DNA of 64,000 nt from positions 6,510,001-6,574,000 of the forward strand of contig NC_043024.1 of NCBI RefSeq assembly GCF_006345805.1, written 5' to 3'. The notes beneath the pieces were generated by a model, which saw only the letters and a list, made by a program, of their open reading frames with translations, had not been told where the DNA came from and ran no database searches. A program made the position numbers and the translations under genes. Numbering within the stretch: the stretch's first letter is position 1; each line of letters starts with the position of its first letter. Positions 62,712 through 64,000 of this stretch are shown one piece after another. Source of the DNA: Octopus sinensis. Its lineage: Eukaryota.

Positions 62712-64000
62712 ATATATATATGTATATATATTTATGTATGTCTGTGTTTGTCCACCTCCTATAGCTTGACAACCGATGTTGATGCGTTTATGTCCCTGTA
62801 ACTTTTGCAAAAGAGACCGATAGAATAAGTACTAGGCTTACATAGAATAAGTCCTGAGTTTGATTTCTTTGACTAAAACCCTTTAAGGCAGTGCTCCAGC
62901 ATGACCACTGTCAAATGACTGAAAGAATAAAAGAATTTATATGGTTGTGTGGTAAGAAGCTTGCTTCCTAACCACATGGTTCCAGGTTCAGTCCCACTGC
63001 ATGGCACCGTGGGCAAGTGTCTTTTACTATATCCTTGGGCCTACCAAAGCTTTGTGAGTGGGTCTGCGAGATGGAAACTGAAAGAAGCCTATCAGATATC
63101 TATATATATAAAACTCAACTTGTGTGTCTGTGTGTTTAACTTCCCGGCACATCTCCTCCTAGCCAACAAATCATAGACCCACCAAAAGTGGGTCACTTAG
63201 AGTTTAGGCGAATGAAAATTGAACTGCGCTATTTCTGTTTCGAAATTCATCTCGCAAGTGCAAAAATTGATAATGTGTTTGTTTAGGCCTTATCCCATGC
63301 ATTGAATAGTCAGCTGTTTGACGTGAACTGTGTTCACCATGCGTGCAAGCATGCGTAAATTGTATGAAAAATAAAAAATTAAGATATAAAAACACGAATC
63401 GTCGTAAACATTGTAGAAATTCGTCAAAGAAATTACTTTTCAGGATGTAGCCTGGAGGGTTTTTTCGTATTAATATATATATATATATCATCATATATAT
63501 ATGTATGTATATATATATATATATATACATATATACATATATACATATATATATATATGAGAGTATGATAGAAGGACGCTAACTCTTCCTTCCCTAGAAG
63601 AAAAAATTCAAATCGGACCTTGTTAACACCAAAAATTATTTACATCAAAAAGGTGCCTTTTTTCTATGAAAATCCCTATTTTTTACGATCTTTTGCCTGC
63701 TGTGTCGCCATTTTTCGGTGTATTTCACCTACACACTGCCAAATTTTTACTTTTCAAAAATTCCAATTCTAAAGGGTCTAAACAAACCACAACGCTGGGC
63801 GATACTGATAGTATATATATATATATATATATATACGTCTATGGGTGTGTCTGCATTTGTCCCCCCCATCACCACTTGACAACTGGTGTTAGTGTGTTTA
63901 CACACCCCTAACTTTGCAGTTCAGCAAAAAAAACATAGAATAAGTGAATGAGTACCAGGCTTAAAAAATAAGTTCTGGGGTCAATTCATTTCACTAAAAA

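Overview
AT-rich eukaryotic intronic DNA packed with microsatellites, SINEs and transposon remnants. The repeat families look like those of Octopus; the species is inferred, not shown. One protein-coding gene runs on the minus strand across almost the whole window: DLEC1 (CFAP81), a ciliary central-apparatus protein. I traced 17 phase-consistent GT-AG exons from 47238 down to 6155, plus weaker candidate exons at 60465-60655 and 1733-1806. One exon is duplicated in tandem (29296-29470 and 29882-30056), and one expected exon is missing, probably inside the 100-N gap. Both gene ends lie outside the window. The introns hold a 6.3-kb Penelope-like retroelement (Naiad-type RT plus GIY-YIG) bounded by direct repeats that each carry an intact type I hammerhead ribozyme, an RTE LINE, mariner, maT and hAT elements, Helitron-like elements and several tRNA-derived SINE families. 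There are about ten further hammerhead-like motifs from several repeat families. The best novelty candidate is a tRNA-headed SINE whose 3' tail carries a minimal hammerhead and which inserts with inversions, possibly a SINE mobilised by Penelope-like elements. All calls were made by eye without database searches. Exon ends were counted by hand; repeat ends are approximate (about +/-10-20 nt).
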